A stretch of 64,000 nt of DNA, taken from positions 612-64,611 of the forward strand of contig CAZKZZ010000005.1 of assembly GCA_964557375.1 (NCBI GenBank). The letters are read 5' to 3'. Under the pieces are notes generated by a model, which made no database searches, was not told the DNA's origin, and saw only the letters and a program-made list of their open reading frames with translations. The translations under genes were made by a program, and so were the position numbers. The stretch is from an uncultured Spirochaetales bacterium (GTDB lineage: Bacteria > Spirochaetota > Spirochaetia > SPDA01 > CAZJBZ01). Below are positions 37,311 to 51,402 of the stretch, one piece after another (position 1 is the stretch's first letter; every line of letters begins with the position of its first letter).

Positions 37311-38635
37311 AACAGGTTGCTTTAATTCTACTCTGTTTTTTTCTCTGTGTACTTGCACCGGCAGCGGCTGAAAAAGATGTTGTAATTCTTCTTGATGTTT
37401 CTCAGAGCGTATTTTCGGAGTTCACGTCGATTAGAGAGTATCTGATTAAAGGCACTCTGGAAAAACAGATGGATTTAGGTGATTATTTCCATCTGCTTAC
37501 ATTTGCCGATGACCCACGAGTGGAACTCTCGCGCCGGATTAACACTGAAGAGGACATCGAAGCTGTTCTAAAAGAGATACTGCTGCTCTATCCGTTCGGG
37601 CAATACACAGACTTGGTTGCCGCATTACAGTTTTTAAACAGCTATACTGAATCTCTTCCGGATGAACGAAAGAAAGTAGTAGTGATACTCACCGACGGTA
37701 TCCATGACCCGCCTCCTGGCCGCTACGAGGGAGCAGAGGGCGAAGACGGTAAACCAGGAAGTCTTGCTCTGCAGGAGGCGGCAGAAGCGATTAAAGAAAA
37801 GGATTGGGACGTTAACATCGTGGAAATGCCTTCTGACGAAGATGTAGTTGGTGAGGAAGATGAACGCGATGCAGAAGACACGGACAGTGCCGAAAAAGAA
37901 CCCGGCACAGCAGAGGACCAAAAAGAAGGCCGTACCGCTGATGAGGAGGAGGAGTTGTCCGTTCTTACCGATGAGCTCGATTCCGAACCGTATCAGTATG
38001 ACAGCGCTGATGGGGAGTCGATGACCGATAAGATATTCGACGGTCGAGACGGCGGTCGAGACGATGGAAAAGAGACCCGATCCGCCTCGGGTGAAACTAT
38101 ATCTGTAGGGAGGTACGCAGCTTTCATTTTTCTCGGTATCGCCGCTTTAGCTCTTCTTGCAGTGATTTTTATCGTACTGCGCAGAAAATCCATAACACTT
38201 TCTACTGATTTTAAAAAGAAGTTTCGAACAATCTATGATTTTCACTATTCCCACCTAAAGCCTGGAGAACGCCCCATCGAAATGCATGTTGAAGGGCAGA
38301 ATACCAATATCGGGTTACGGAATGTACAAGCTATAAAAGAAGGGAAACGGCTTTGTGTAGGCGGTAGAGGATCATCATTTCTTATCTTTTTGGTCCCCCT
38401 GCCCCGCTGTATCGGTGTCATCGAAAGAAAAAATGATTTCTACCGTTTTGTTCCGCTCAAGAGTGAATATTTCCCCGATGGCGGAAGTCCTGTAGAAAAT
38501 TGTTTAGACCGGGATCTGGTTCTGATTTCAGAGCACGGAAGAAAAATAGTATTCAGATTTTCGAAGTATGTTTCGAAACTCGAAAAAATAAACAAAATCA
38601 TGCATTTAATCGACCAGCCCGGTATCCCCGAGTGA
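37307..38635 (+). CDS. von Willebrand factor A domain membrane protein
   Basis: TTG start overlapping the greA TGA (TTGA). It has a signal peptide (LILLCFFLCVLAPAAAE), a MIDAS motif DxSxS (LLDVSQS) with a later TDG, an acidic low-complexity linker, one TM helix (AAFIFLGIAALALLAVIFIVL), and a cytoplasmic tail of about 140 aa. Confidence 0.75.
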   Translation: MKQVALILLCFFLCVLAPAAAEKDVVILLDVSQSVFSEFTSIREYLIKGTLEKQMDLGDYFHLLTFADDPRVELSRRINTEEDIEAVLKEILLLYPFGQYTDLVAALQFLNSYTESLPDERKKVVVILTDGIHDPPPGRYEGAEGEDGKPGSLALQEAAEAIKEKDWDVNIVEMPSDEDVVGEEDERDAEDTDSAEKEPGTAEDQKEGRTADEEEELSVLTDELDSEPYQYDSADGESMTDKIFDGRDGGRDDGKETRSASGETISVGRYAAFIFLGIAALALLAVIFIVLRRKSITLSTDFKKKFRTIYDFHYSHLKPGERPIEMHVEGQNTNIGLRNVQAIKEGKRLCVGGRGSSFLIFLVPLPRCIGVIERKNDFYRFVPLKSEYFPDGGSPVENCLDRDLVLISEHGRKIVFRFSKYVSKLEKINKIMHLIDQPGIPE

Positions 38636-38673
38636 GCTCAAACAAATCCCATCTAACTGGGGTACTAATTGGT

Positions 38674-40016
38674 TTAAAGCTCTTCGAGCACACTCTGTGC
38701 CGTCTTTCTTACTCTCATCGCTTCCTGTTCTCCGGTCATTTTTTCGACTGACTCACGCAGACCGGTGAAATTGTTATATTGTATCCCCCGCAGAGCGTAG
38801 ATCCGGACGATGTAGGAATGATGCTCGAGAAGCCGTGCAAATACAGGCTGCAGAGCGGGATGCTGCGTTCTGATAAGCACTTTGCAGGTATTTCCCAATA
38901 GTTGCGAATTCTCTTTTTCCCATTCATCTCGAAGGATTTTTTTTACTGCTTCGACCGCGGCAGCCGGGGTATTCTCCAGCAGGGCTTCGAGTGCGGTGAT
39001 TCTAATCACCATCGAGGTTCGATTGGACAAATACAGTTCTTTGAGGACCCCGACAGTTTTTGCTCCCCCGATCTTACTCAACGCATTGATCGCTGCAATT
39101 CTCACCTTTGTCTCCGGATCATGCTCTGCTTTGTACTCTAAAATGGGCACTGCCGCTTTCGCTTCCATTGAGCCGAGGCCTTCCGCCGCTTTTTCTCTTA
39201 CTTGCCAATATGAATCTTTTAGAGACTGAATGAGGAATTTTTCAATTTCTTCGCTAGTAAAAAAACTGAGAGCATACACTGCGTAGGAACGGAGCAGAGG
39301 ATCATCAGAGGATGCAGCATCTTTCAGAGTATCGATCGACTCTTCAGCTCCGATTTTACCGAGTGCATCACACGCATACCGCCGCCATATAGAGTCTTCC
39401 GTATCATCCGCCACAATGCTTTCGAGCGTTTCAACGGCGGATTCCGCTTTGAGCTCGCCGAGCGCAAGAATGATGTTCGGTTTTATCGAAGCTGGGTACG
39501 TATCGTTCTCCAGCAGTTCAATCAAAAAAGGAGCGGAATCCTTTGTTCCCGAATCTCCGAGTGCTTTGACAGCTGCCCGTGCGACTTCGTTGCTGCTGTG
39601 CTCGGTTAATTCTTCAAAGAGCTCGGTCCCTGTTTCATTGTGAGAAAGATATGTAATGAGTTGGACAATGACATCTTCATTTCGGTTCTTATGGTCCTCG
39701 AGTAGACCGGCAGCATGTTCGACAGCTTTTCCATAATCGATTTCAATAAAATACTCTAGTGATTTTTTTAATACATCTGCATCATAGCTTTCTTTAAAGA
39801 CTTCGAACACGTCATCCGCGAGGGAATCGTTTTTTTCTTCTATGAGATTCGATATAACACCTACAACCTCTTTGTTAATTCCGTACAAGAGAGTAGCTTT
39901 CCGTTCTTCTCTTAATGACTGGATTGCTTCCTCTTGAGAACCCTCCGGCTCCTCTCCCGACAACGGGAATAAAAAAAATGAAAAAACAAGAATAGTAATC
40001 AGGATGTGTAGATTTT

Positions 40017-40020
<4 letters not shown>
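38674..40020 (-). CDS. secreted HEAT-repeat protein
   Basis: The track ORF extends to 40158, but ATG 40020 gives a signal peptide (MKNLHILITILVFSFFLFPLSG) and forms an ATGA overlap with the murJ stop. The body consists of repeated HEAT/PBS-lyase-like units (...VR..A..ALG..G...A...L...L.D...). Confidence 0.7.
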
Positions 40021-43813
<3,793 letters not shown>

Positions 43814-43814
<1 letters not shown>

Positions 43815-45121
43815 TATTTCCCTCGCAATAGGAAGAAAAAGGTTCCAAGAAGAATAATAACAATATTCGGCATCCACATGGAAAGTATAGGTGAATATTG
43901 CAGTCTCAGTCCCAATGTTTGCCCGGCAAATAGCATGCCCCAATAAAATACCGCAACGAGGACCCCTATTCCAAATCCGACCGACCGACCGCTTCTTTTT
44001 GTATATAAACCGACGGGAAAGGCAAACAAAATAAAGATAAAACAGGCGAATGGAACAGCAAATTTCTTATGAAACTCCATTCGATAGAGCTGAAGTGATC
44101 GATCGATTATTTTTTTATTTTTTTCTTTTTCAAATTGTTCCAAGACCTCATTGAGGTCCTCAATATGTTCTCTGCGTGATTGGAAAGCTGTTTTCATGGT
44201 ATCGAGTGCAGCCCTATACTCTTGAGCGAGTAAAAACCGTACCTCTTCGATTCTCTCTAGCTGCTTCTGTTTCTTTCCCTGTAATTCTTCTTCCTTTTTC
44301 TGAATAATTTTATACACATCAACTGAACTCATCTCTGAAGGCCCCGGGTTCCTGATGGAAAGACTTATATCTTTTAGCAGAATATTATAGTGCATTTTCT
44401 CGGAACTGGTATATTCGAACTCGTCCCTTTTTTTAGGGTCGACAATGTGACTGAACACATTATCGAGTTCCATGGATACTACTCCGAGTTGTTCTTCGAC
44501 CTCCCGCAGCCCCGCGTTGGTAGCCATGATAATTCGGTCTTCTTTTTCCGCGGTTTCATCAAAGATGAGAATATCTTCGATTCTTTCCTCTGTAACATTT
44601 CCGGTGATGATTATACTGTCCTGATAGTACTTGATTGAATACGGCTCGAGTTCCATTTCAGGGTTCTGATAGAGCAGTTTTCTGAACAGTTTATTGAAAT
44701 TAATTGTACCTTTTGGAAGGAAATAATCGTTTAATTCAAAAGAGGCGATCGAAAAGACCAGGCTAATAATAATAAAGGGGAGAAAGATTTTTCTATAAGG
44801 AATCCCGCTTGCTCTGAAGGCGAGGATTTCGTTATCGGAAGAAAACCGGCCTACTGTCATCAATGCGCCTACGAGTGAACCAAACGGAAACGAGAGAGAA
44901 GCAATCAGGGGCAGAGAATAGAGTATGAGAAGAAGAACGTCCGTAAAAGGGACCCGCTTAGAGAGAATCTCCTCTGCAAGAAGAAGCAGCTGGTTTACAA
45001 AAAAAATAAAAAAGAAAAAAAGGAACGCTACGAAAAAAGAAAAAATAAACTCTTTTGCAATATACAGATAAATATGTTTGTAGCTTCTTCTATTCATGCA
45101 CGGCTCATGGACGGCGTTCAA
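43814..45121 (-). CDS. lptF: LptF/LptG family permease (LptF-like)
   Basis: Same YjgP/YjgQ architecture, with an inserted coiled-coil segment. ATGA overlap with the dut stop. Confidence 0.8.
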
Positions 45122-45558
45122 TGTGTACCGGTAGACCCGAATCCCCCCTCGTTCCGCTCGGAAGAAGGCAGTGTTTCTTGTTCCAAAAACTCAGCAGTTA
45201 TCACTTGCGCAAAAACAAGTTGTGCAATACGGCTTCCTTGTGTAACTGTATACGGTTCACTACCGAGGTTGATGAGTATTATCCTAACTTCACCTCTGTA
45301 ATCGCTGTCAATTGTTCCGGGACTGTTTAATACGGTAACTCCATGCTTCAGGGCGAGCCCGGAACGGGGCCTTACCTGGGCCTCATAACCTGCAGGAATG
45401 GCCAGCCGTATTCCCGTTGGTATTACAGCCCGTTCACCGGGCTCTAAAGTAAGCGGTGATTCTATGTCGGCGGTTAAGTCCGCTCCTGATGAGAACGGAG
45501 TTGAATAGAGCGGTTGTCCTTTTTTGTTTGTTGCCGTAAATGGTACACGTAATTTCAC
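45118..45558 (-). CDS. dut: dUTP diphosphatase
   Basis: Trimeric dUTPase motifs (AGYEA, PRSGLALKHGV, GTIDSDYRGE, RIAQ, GGFGSTG). GTG start in a GTGA overlap with the upstream stop. Confidence 0.93.
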   Translation of the reverse strand: MKLRVPFTATNKKGQPLYSTPFSSGADLTADIESPLTLEPGERAVIPTGIRLAIPAGYEAQVRPRSGLALKHGVTVLNSPGTIDSDYRGEVRIILINLGSEPYTVTQGSRIAQLVFAQVITAEFLEQETLPSSERNEGGFGSTGTH

Positions 45559-46814
45559 ACCATGATTCCCCGTTGTTTTCTTTTATGTAAATTGCGGGTA
45601 CCGAAAATAAGAGAGTTGAATTTTTTCCCACTAAAATATGTGTCGAAAAAATGCTGAATATCTTTTCTTGTAGTCTCTTGAAGTATTGAAATAGAAGTTT
45701 CCATGTCGTGGATTTCTTTTCCCAGAATATAATGACGTACGAGCCGTTTCATTCGCGTCTCCATATCTTCTTGGGTCAATTTCATACTTCCTACAAGATG
45801 AGATATAGCATCACCAATTTCAGTTTCTTCCAGCAAATTGGTAAATATATGCTCCAGTTCGAAGGTAAGAGAATCCATGAGTTTATTCAGTAAATGCGGA
45901 GATGTATTTGCATAGACCCCCCACAGAACAGTGAAGGTGAAAAATGACCGTAATGCAAATATCGAGTAGCAGAGGCCTTCCTGTTCTCTTATTCGCTGAA
46001 AAAGTCGTGAACTCATAGATTCGCCGACTGCTGTCGAAAACACGAGGAAATGATAAAAATGGCTGATTTCCGAGGGAATAGTAAATGTTGTTCCGGTAAA
46101 CAGCTGCACTTGCTTGAAGTTGCCCGAAACATAGTTGGTTTCATAGGTGCTTTCCGGCGGCATACGGTTGTGGGTAAAAGAAGAACTGTACCTTTCGGGT
46201 AATGTCGCGCAGAGATTGTCCAAAAGCTCTTCAGGTTCAAAATTTCCTGCAATGGAGATGATTAAATTCGAGGGGCAGTAATGCTCGTGGTAGAACTGCG
46301 CCAAGGAGTCGCGTGTAATTCTTTCTATGTGCTCTATTTCCCCTGTGATTTTGTCTGCAATAGGGTGTTCGCCAAAGAGTGACCGGGTAAACATTTCATA
46401 CGCCCGTTCTTCAGGATTGTCCAGACTCTCTTTGATTTCATTAATAATGACCTGTTTTTCGCGTAGTATATCATCATCTTTTAATAGTGAATGAAATACC
46501 ATATCGGTTAAAACATCTACGGCCAAGTGCTGATGCTCAGCGGCCAATGTGCAGTAATAACAGGTTTGTTCCTTTTCTGTAAAAGCGTTGAGAATGCCCC
46601 CTACTCTATCGATTTCCTGTACGATTTCGAAGGAGGTGCGTTTTTCAGTCCCCTTGAACAGCATGTGTTCCAAGAAATGGGAATATCCTTTGTTCTCTTC
46701 CTTTTCATCCCGGGACCCATGGAGGAACCAAAAGCCCAAGGAGACCACCTCGGTAGTAGGCACAGTCTCCATTAAGACTCTGGTTCCATTCTGGAGGCTG
46801 TGTTGCCTGATCAA
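45555..46814 (-). CDS. M16 family (pitrilysin-like) zinc peptidase
   Basis: Inverted zinc motif HxxEH ([11 protein letters not shown]) with a downstream Glu. Conserved position after pnp. TTG start in a TTGA overlap with the pnp stop. Confidence 0.9.
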   Translation of the reverse strand: MIRQHSLQNGTRVLMETVPTTEVVSLGFWFLHGSRDEKEENKGYSHFLEHMLFKGTEKRTSFEIVQEIDRVGGILNAFTEKEQTCYYCTLAAEHQHLAVDVLTDMVFHSLLKDDDILREKQVIINEIKESLDNPEERAYEMFTRSLFGEHPIADKITGEIEHIERITRDSLAQFYHEHYCPSNLIISIAGNFEPEELLDNLCATLPERYSSSFTHNRMPPESTYETNYVSGNFKQVQLFTGTTFTIPSEISHFYHFLVFSTAVGESMSSRLFQRIREQEGLCYSIFALRSFFTFTVLWGVYANTSPHLLNKLMDSLTFELEHIFTNLLEETEIGDAISHLVGSMKLTQEDMETRMKRLVRHYILGKEIHDMETSISILQETTRKDIQHFFDTYFSGKKFNSLIFGTRNLHKRKQRGIMV

Positions 46815-49072
46815 TATTTTCTCCGCTTCCGGTCCTTATCATAATTCCGGTTTTTTCCGTCTCCGGACCGGTTTTGCCCTCCCTGACGAGAAGAAGATCT
46901 ATGGTGTGAGTCTCTGCCCCCGCCGTCTCTGCTTCCACCCTCTCTGTTTCCACTGTCTCTGTTTCCACCCTCTCTGCTCCCGCCGTCACCTACGGCGTCG
47001 ACATGGCTTAAATTGAGTCTTCCCATTCTGTCGATCTCTACCAATTTCACTTTGAGCGGATCACCTTCAGAGACTACATCTTCGACTTTGTTTACTCTGT
47101 GATTTGCCAGTTTTGATATGTGGCAGAGCCCTTCTTTGCCGGGAAGGATTTCAACGAATGCTCCGAAATCCATGATTCTTTTGACAGTGCCGTCGTAGAT
47201 TTTTCCGACTTCCGGATCTTCCACCAGCTGAAAAATCATCTTCTGAGCGTTATCAGTATTTTCTTGGTTTTTCCCAAAAATTGAAACACTGCCGTCATCG
47301 GTGATCTTGATTTCGACATCATTTGCCTCTGAAAGGCTTTTAATCATTTTTCCTCCCGGACCAATAATAGTGCCGATCTTGTCCGAATCCACTTTCATGG
47401 TGATGATTTTCGGTGCGTATTCAGAGAGCGTTGATTGGGGCTCCTTTATCGTATTGTTCATTATTCCTAAAATATGTTCACGGCCACGTTTTGCCTGTTC
47501 AAGCGCTTGTTTCATGACGGCGGAATCGACTCCGGCGATTTTTATATCCATCTGGAATGCGGTTATACCGTTTTCGGTCCCTGCAACTTTAAAATCCATG
47601 TCTCCCAAATGGTCTTCTTCACCTAGAATATCGCTTAAAACAACGTTGTTTGTTCCGTCCGAAATCAGACCCATAGCAATACCTGCAATCGGAAGTTTTA
47701 TTGGGACACCAGCTTTCAGCAGAGAGAGTGAGCTTGCACATACCGTTGCCATAGATGAACTGCCGTTGGATTCCAAAACCTCGGAAACGATCCGAATTGT
47801 GTAGGGAAACTCCTCTTTATCGGGAAGGACTCCTGTAATGGCGCGTCTTGCCAGATTGCCGTGTCCGATTTCTCTTCTGCCTGTAAACATTCTCCCCGTC
47901 TCACCGACGGAAAAAGGAGGAAAGTTGTAGTGCAGCATAAAAGGATCGTAGCGTACTTCACTGTCGATGTCGTCCTTCATCTGTTCATCGAAGGCGGTCC
48001 CCAATGTAGTAACGGCGAGCGCTTGTGTTTCTCCCCTGGTAAAGAGTGCGGATCCGTGGGTCCGGGGAAGCAGATTGATTTCACATGTGATTGGTCGGAT
48101 ATCTTCAGGTCCTCTCCCGTCCGTCCGCTTCTTGTTCTCAATAATGGATTTTCGTACGATTTCGTACTCCATATCTTCGAATAAGCGGTTCAAGAGTTTT
48201 CCCTGAAGCTTTGCTTGCTCTTCCGGGACATCCCCTAAGAATTTTTCGGATGTTTCTTCTTTTACTTTGCCTATAGCACGCTGTCGGTTATGCTTTCCGA
48301 TCACAAAACAGGCTTCCTCGAGTTTCGGAGCAGCAAAAGCTTTGATTTCCTCTTCGTTTTCGAGTGCTTCCTCAGTTTCAACGAGCGGTTGTTTCTCTTT
48401 TCCTGCCATTTCGCGAAGTTGTTTAATCGCCCGGCAGATTTCGGTTATTGTCTGTTTTGCAGTCTCTAAAGCATCGAGAAGCACATCTTCAGGGACCTCT
48501 TTCGCTCCGCCTTCAACCATCGTAATGGCATCTTCGGTACCTGCGACAACGATATCTAAATCACTCTCTTCGATTTGTGAAAATGTAGGGTTTAGTATAT
48601 ATTCTCCTCCGATATACCCTACTCTCACGGCCCCTATCGGCCCGTCAAACGGTATATCGGATATTGTGACGGCTGCAGAGGCGGCCACCATGGCAACCAT
48701 ATCAGGGGGATTGCTCTGATCTGTGGAGATCGTTGTCGGTACAATTTGAATTTCTTTTTTAAACCCTTTGCTGAACAAAGGTCTCATCGGTCTGTCTATA
48801 AGGCGGGATACGAGTATTTCTTTATCTTTAGGCCGTCCTTCTCGTTTTAAAAATCCGCCGGGAATTTTCCCTGCAGCGTAGTATTTTTCATTGTACTCCA
48901 CCTGGAGAGGGACATAATCGAGTCCTTCGATATCATTCTCTGAACAACAGGCGGTTGCTAAAACGATAGAATCTCCATATGTTCCCAATACTGCACCATT
49001 CGCCTGTTTGGCTAACTTACCGGTCTCGAGAATGAGATCTTTATCTCCAATTTTAATTTTTATATCGTGCAA
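46811..49072 (-). CDS. pnp: polyribonucleotide nucleotidyltransferase (PNPase) with Arg/Gly/Ser/Asp-rich C-terminal tail
   Basis: Two RNase PH domains, then KH (IGPGGKMIK) and S1 ([20 protein letters not shown]) domains, followed by an extra low-complexity tail of about 58 aa. The start is a TTG (49072) with AAGGA upstream. Confidence 0.96.
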   Translation of the reverse strand: MHDIKIKIGDKDLILETGKLAKQANGAVLGTYGDSIVLATACCSENDIEGLDYVPLQVEYNEKYYAAGKIPGGFLKREGRPKDKEILVSRLIDRPMRPLFSKGFKKEIQIVPTTISTDQSNPPDMVAMVAASAAVTISDIPFDGPIGAVRVGYIGGEYILNPTFSQIEESDLDIVVAGTEDAITMVEGGAKEVPEDVLLDALETAKQTITEICRAIKQLREMAGKEKQPLVETEEALENEEEIKAFAAPKLEEACFVIGKHNRQRAIGKVKEETSEKFLGDVPEEQAKLQGKLLNRLFEDMEYEIVRKSIIENKKRTDGRGPEDIRPITCEINLLPRTHGSALFTRGETQALAVTTLGTAFDEQMKDDIDSEVRYDPFMLHYNFPPFSVGETGRMFTGRREIGHGNLARRAITGVLPDKEEFPYTIRIVSEVLESNGSSSMATVCASSLSLLKAGVPIKLPIAGIAMGLISDGTNNVVLSDILGEEDHLGDMDFKVAGTENGITAFQMDIKIAGVDSAVMKQALEQAKRGREHILGIMNNTIKEPQSTLSEYAPKIITMKVDSDKIGTIIGPGGKMIKSLSEANDVEIKITDDGSVSIFGKNQENTDNAQKMIFQLVEDPEVGKIYDGTVKRIMDFGAFVEILPGKEGLCHISKLANHRVNKVEDVVSEGDPLKVKLVEIDRMGRLNLSHVDAVGDGGSREGGNRDSGNREGGSRDGGGRDSHHRSSSRQGGQNRSGDGKNRNYDKDRKRRKY
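46911..46985. repeat. 5 x 15-nt imperfect tandem repeat (TCTCTG-YYYCC-RCYS)
   Basis: Units at 46911, 46926, 46941, 46956 and 46971. On the minus strand they encode the pentapeptide units [25 protein letters not shown] of the PNPase tail. Confidence 0.9.
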
Positions 49073-49088
49073 AATTTTCCGTCCTTAC

Positions 49089-49358
49089 TTATTTTCTAAT
49101 ACCAAGCTTTTTAATAAGATTTCTGTATGATTCTAGATCCTCTTTTTGAAGGTAATTGAGGAGTCTTCTTCTCTTCCCGACGATTTTGATTAGACCTCGT
49201 CTTGAACTGTGGTCTTTCTTATGTGTCTTCAAATGATCGGTCAATTCATTGATACGGTTTGTCAGAAGTGCAATTTGTACTTCCGTTTTACCGGTATCTT
49301 TATCTGAACTGCCGAAATCAGTTACAATTGTTTGTTTCTGCTCTTTTGTTAATGCCAT
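49089..49358 (-). CDS. rpsO: 30S ribosomal protein S15
   Basis: [12 protein letters not shown]...[30 protein letters not shown]; AAGGAG RBS. The track ORF (to 49439) is over-extended. Confidence 0.95.
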   Translation of the reverse strand: MALTKEQKQTIVTDFGSSDKDTGKTEVQIALLTNRINELTDHLKTHKKDHSSRRGLIKIVGKRRRLLNYLQKEDLESYRNLIKKLGIRK

Positions 49359-49386
49359 ATTACTCTCCTTATCATATATTACAAAA

Positions 49387-50166
49387 TTATATAAAACGTA
49401 ATTGCGTTGCTGTAAAGGTTTCCGGTTCGCGAAAAGCAACGTTGTTATCTGAAATATGCAGGTAACTCTCTTTTTCTGAATTTTCGTTTTTGAGAATTAC
49501 CGAATAGGTCCCAAGAGGCGGCAGTAATTGCCGGATGTGGACCCGCTTTATTGTCGTGTTTGCATTGTGGTTTTCTTTTTCTACGTTCCTTATATCTACT
49601 GTGTACTTACTCCCTAACAATCTGTCGATCTTGTCAAGTTCTCCCTGTAAGATCATCTCGCGAATTATCGTACTGCTCACCGGCACGCCGGCTGCCGTCA
49701 CCTGCTCGAGAACTCTAACCTCACACCTGCTGTTATATAAATAGTGCCGGACCATTTCCGCGGTTGTATCGGCATTTTTTCCACAACGGAAATTCTTACC
49801 TAACACGAGCAATGTAAGATTTACACTGTTGTAAACAGTGAATATAAAATCCCTTCCCGACAGTTTACTAAAATCGTGGGAAAAGTCAATGAGTACGGTT
49901 GTTTCAACACCGAGCTGTTCAAAAGCTTCTAATTTTTGTTCTAAGGTGTAAATATCACCTCTATATTTTTCACTCCGAAGTATTTGTGACGGGTTTTCAC
50001 GAAACGTGATGACGAGAGGATGTAAACTCTTCTCTGTAGTGGTTATCTCACGTATAAGCGCCCGATGCCCGATGTGTACACCGTCGAAAACGCCTATTGT
50101 TGCCGCAATAGGTTCGTCTTCGAAATCTTGTTGATTCTGCAGTGTCTCCCAGGAGATAATGTTCAT
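49387..50166 (-). CDS. ribF: FAD synthetase (RibF-like) with short, degenerate riboflavin-kinase region
   Basis: The N-terminal FMN adenylyltransferase motifs [10 protein letters not shown] and SSTIIRE are present. The C-terminal about 85 aa lacks the G-x-P-T-A-N kinase motif. ATGA overlap with the truB stop. Confidence 0.8.
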   Translation of the reverse strand: MNIISWETLQNQQDFEDEPIAATIGVFDGVHIGHRALIREITTTEKSLHPLVITFRENPSQILRSEKYRGDIYTLEQKLEAFEQLGVETTVLIDFSHDFSKLSGRDFIFTVYNSVNLTLLVLGKNFRCGKNADTTAEMVRHYLYNSRCEVRVLEQVTAAGVPVSSTIIREMILQGELDKIDRLLGSKYTVDIRNVEKENHNANTTIKRVHIRQLLPPLGTYSVILKNENSEKESYLHISDNNVAFREPETFTATQLRFI

Positions 50167-51053
50167 TCTGTAACACCTACGAACCTGTATACAAAATCTT
50201 TGTTCGTTTTATCTACCAGGGCCACAAACCTGCCGTGTAGGTCGAAAAGCGCGTACGTACCATTCTGTGCAGGAGGAGAAACGAAGAACTCCTCTTTTAC
50301 AGGTTTGCCGAAGCGTATATCTTCGACAAAATGATTTTCGATGTCTGCCGTATAAATGCTACCGGAAAGACCGTCAAATATGGATTTTCCCGTAATGAGG
50401 TCCCGTTCCGGGACGAATCTATCTGGAAGCACTCCCGTTTCCGCCTCATAACTGCCTATATGAGTGCGTTTCAACTGTGAGACATAACCCGCTGAACCGC
50501 ACGAAAGGGCAATATCACGTGCTAGAGAGCGGATATATGTTCCTTTAGAGCAGACCGTTTTAATCACTGCCGTTTGGTTCGTATAATCGAGCAGTTCCAG
50601 CGATAAAATCGATACCTCCCGCTCTCTCGTTTGAAAATCCTCTCCGCTGCGAGCTCGTTCATAGGCACGTTTCCCTCCAACATGAACTGCGGAGTAAAGC
50701 GGAGGCCTTTGTTTTATCGTCCCCGTAAAATCCGGTAAGGTTCGTTCTATTTCCCGACGAGTGGGAATAATTTCGGTTGAACTCACTACGGTTCCTTCAG
50801 GGTCGAGAGTATCGGTCTCTTCTCCGAATCGGACGGCAGCAATATACGTTTTATTGAGATTTGAAAAAAAAGAAACAAGTTTCGTCATCTTCCCGGTAAG
50901 GACAATGAGAAGACCTTCCGCGAAGCGGTCCAACGTACCTGCGTGCCCAACCTTTTTGAGGCCTAATTTTTTCTTGATATCGTGCAGTGCTTCGAAAGAA
51001 GTCATTTCCGGCGGTTTATACAGCAGGAGCAGACCATGTTCCGATCCGTTCAA
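50163..51053 (-). CDS. truB: tRNA pseudouridine(55) synthase TruB
   Basis: Catalytic motif GHAGTLDRFAEGLL, YSA..VGGKRAYE, and a C-terminal PUA-like region. TTG start in a TTGA overlap with the rbfA stop. Confidence 0.93.
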   Translation of the reverse strand: MNGSEHGLLLLYKPPEMTSFEALHDIKKKLGLKKVGHAGTLDRFAEGLLIVLTGKMTKLVSFFSNLNKTYIAAVRFGEETDTLDPEGTVVSSTEIIPTRREIERTLPDFTGTIKQRPPLYSAVHVGGKRAYERARSGEDFQTREREVSILSLELLDYTNQTAVIKTVCSKGTYIRSLARDIALSCGSAGYVSQLKRTHIGSYEAETGVLPDRFVPERDLITGKSIFDGLSGSIYTADIENHFVEDIRFGKPVKEEFFVSPPAQNGTYALFDLHGRFVALVDKTNKDFVYRFVGVTE

Positions 51054-51397
51054 TGAAGCGACCTCTCAATCAGGCGGTTGATTTCAAATCCTTCTTTTAT
51101 GGAAGTATCAGGAATAAAAGTGAGTTTTGGTGTGCTTCTCGTGTGCATTTTTTTTCCCAAAATACTTTGAATGAAACCGGCGGCATGATTGAGGGCCTTA
51201 ACGCTTTTTTCTAGTTTTTTATGTTCTTCAAAACTCGAAACATAAATTTTTGCATAATGAATGTCTTTTGAGACAACAACTCTGCTGATATTGAGATGTT
51301 CAGTCACTCGCGGATCTTTGATCTTCTTTTCGGCAATAAGAGAACCAATTTCCTTCATGAGGAAGCTCTCTAATTTTTTCATTCTAAACTCGGACAT
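51050..51397 (-). CDS. rbfA: ribosome-binding factor A
   Basis: 115 aa; KDPRV....ISRV.VS.D...AKIYVS and P.L.F..D pattern; lies between infB and truB. Confidence 0.9.
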   Translation of the reverse strand: MSEFRMKKLESFLMKEIGSLIAEKKIKDPRVTEHLNISRVVVSKDIHYAKIYVSSFEEHKKLEKSVKALNHAAGFIQSILGKKMHTRSTPKLTFIPDTSIKEGFEINRLIERSLH

Positions 51398-51402
51398 ACT
51401 GT

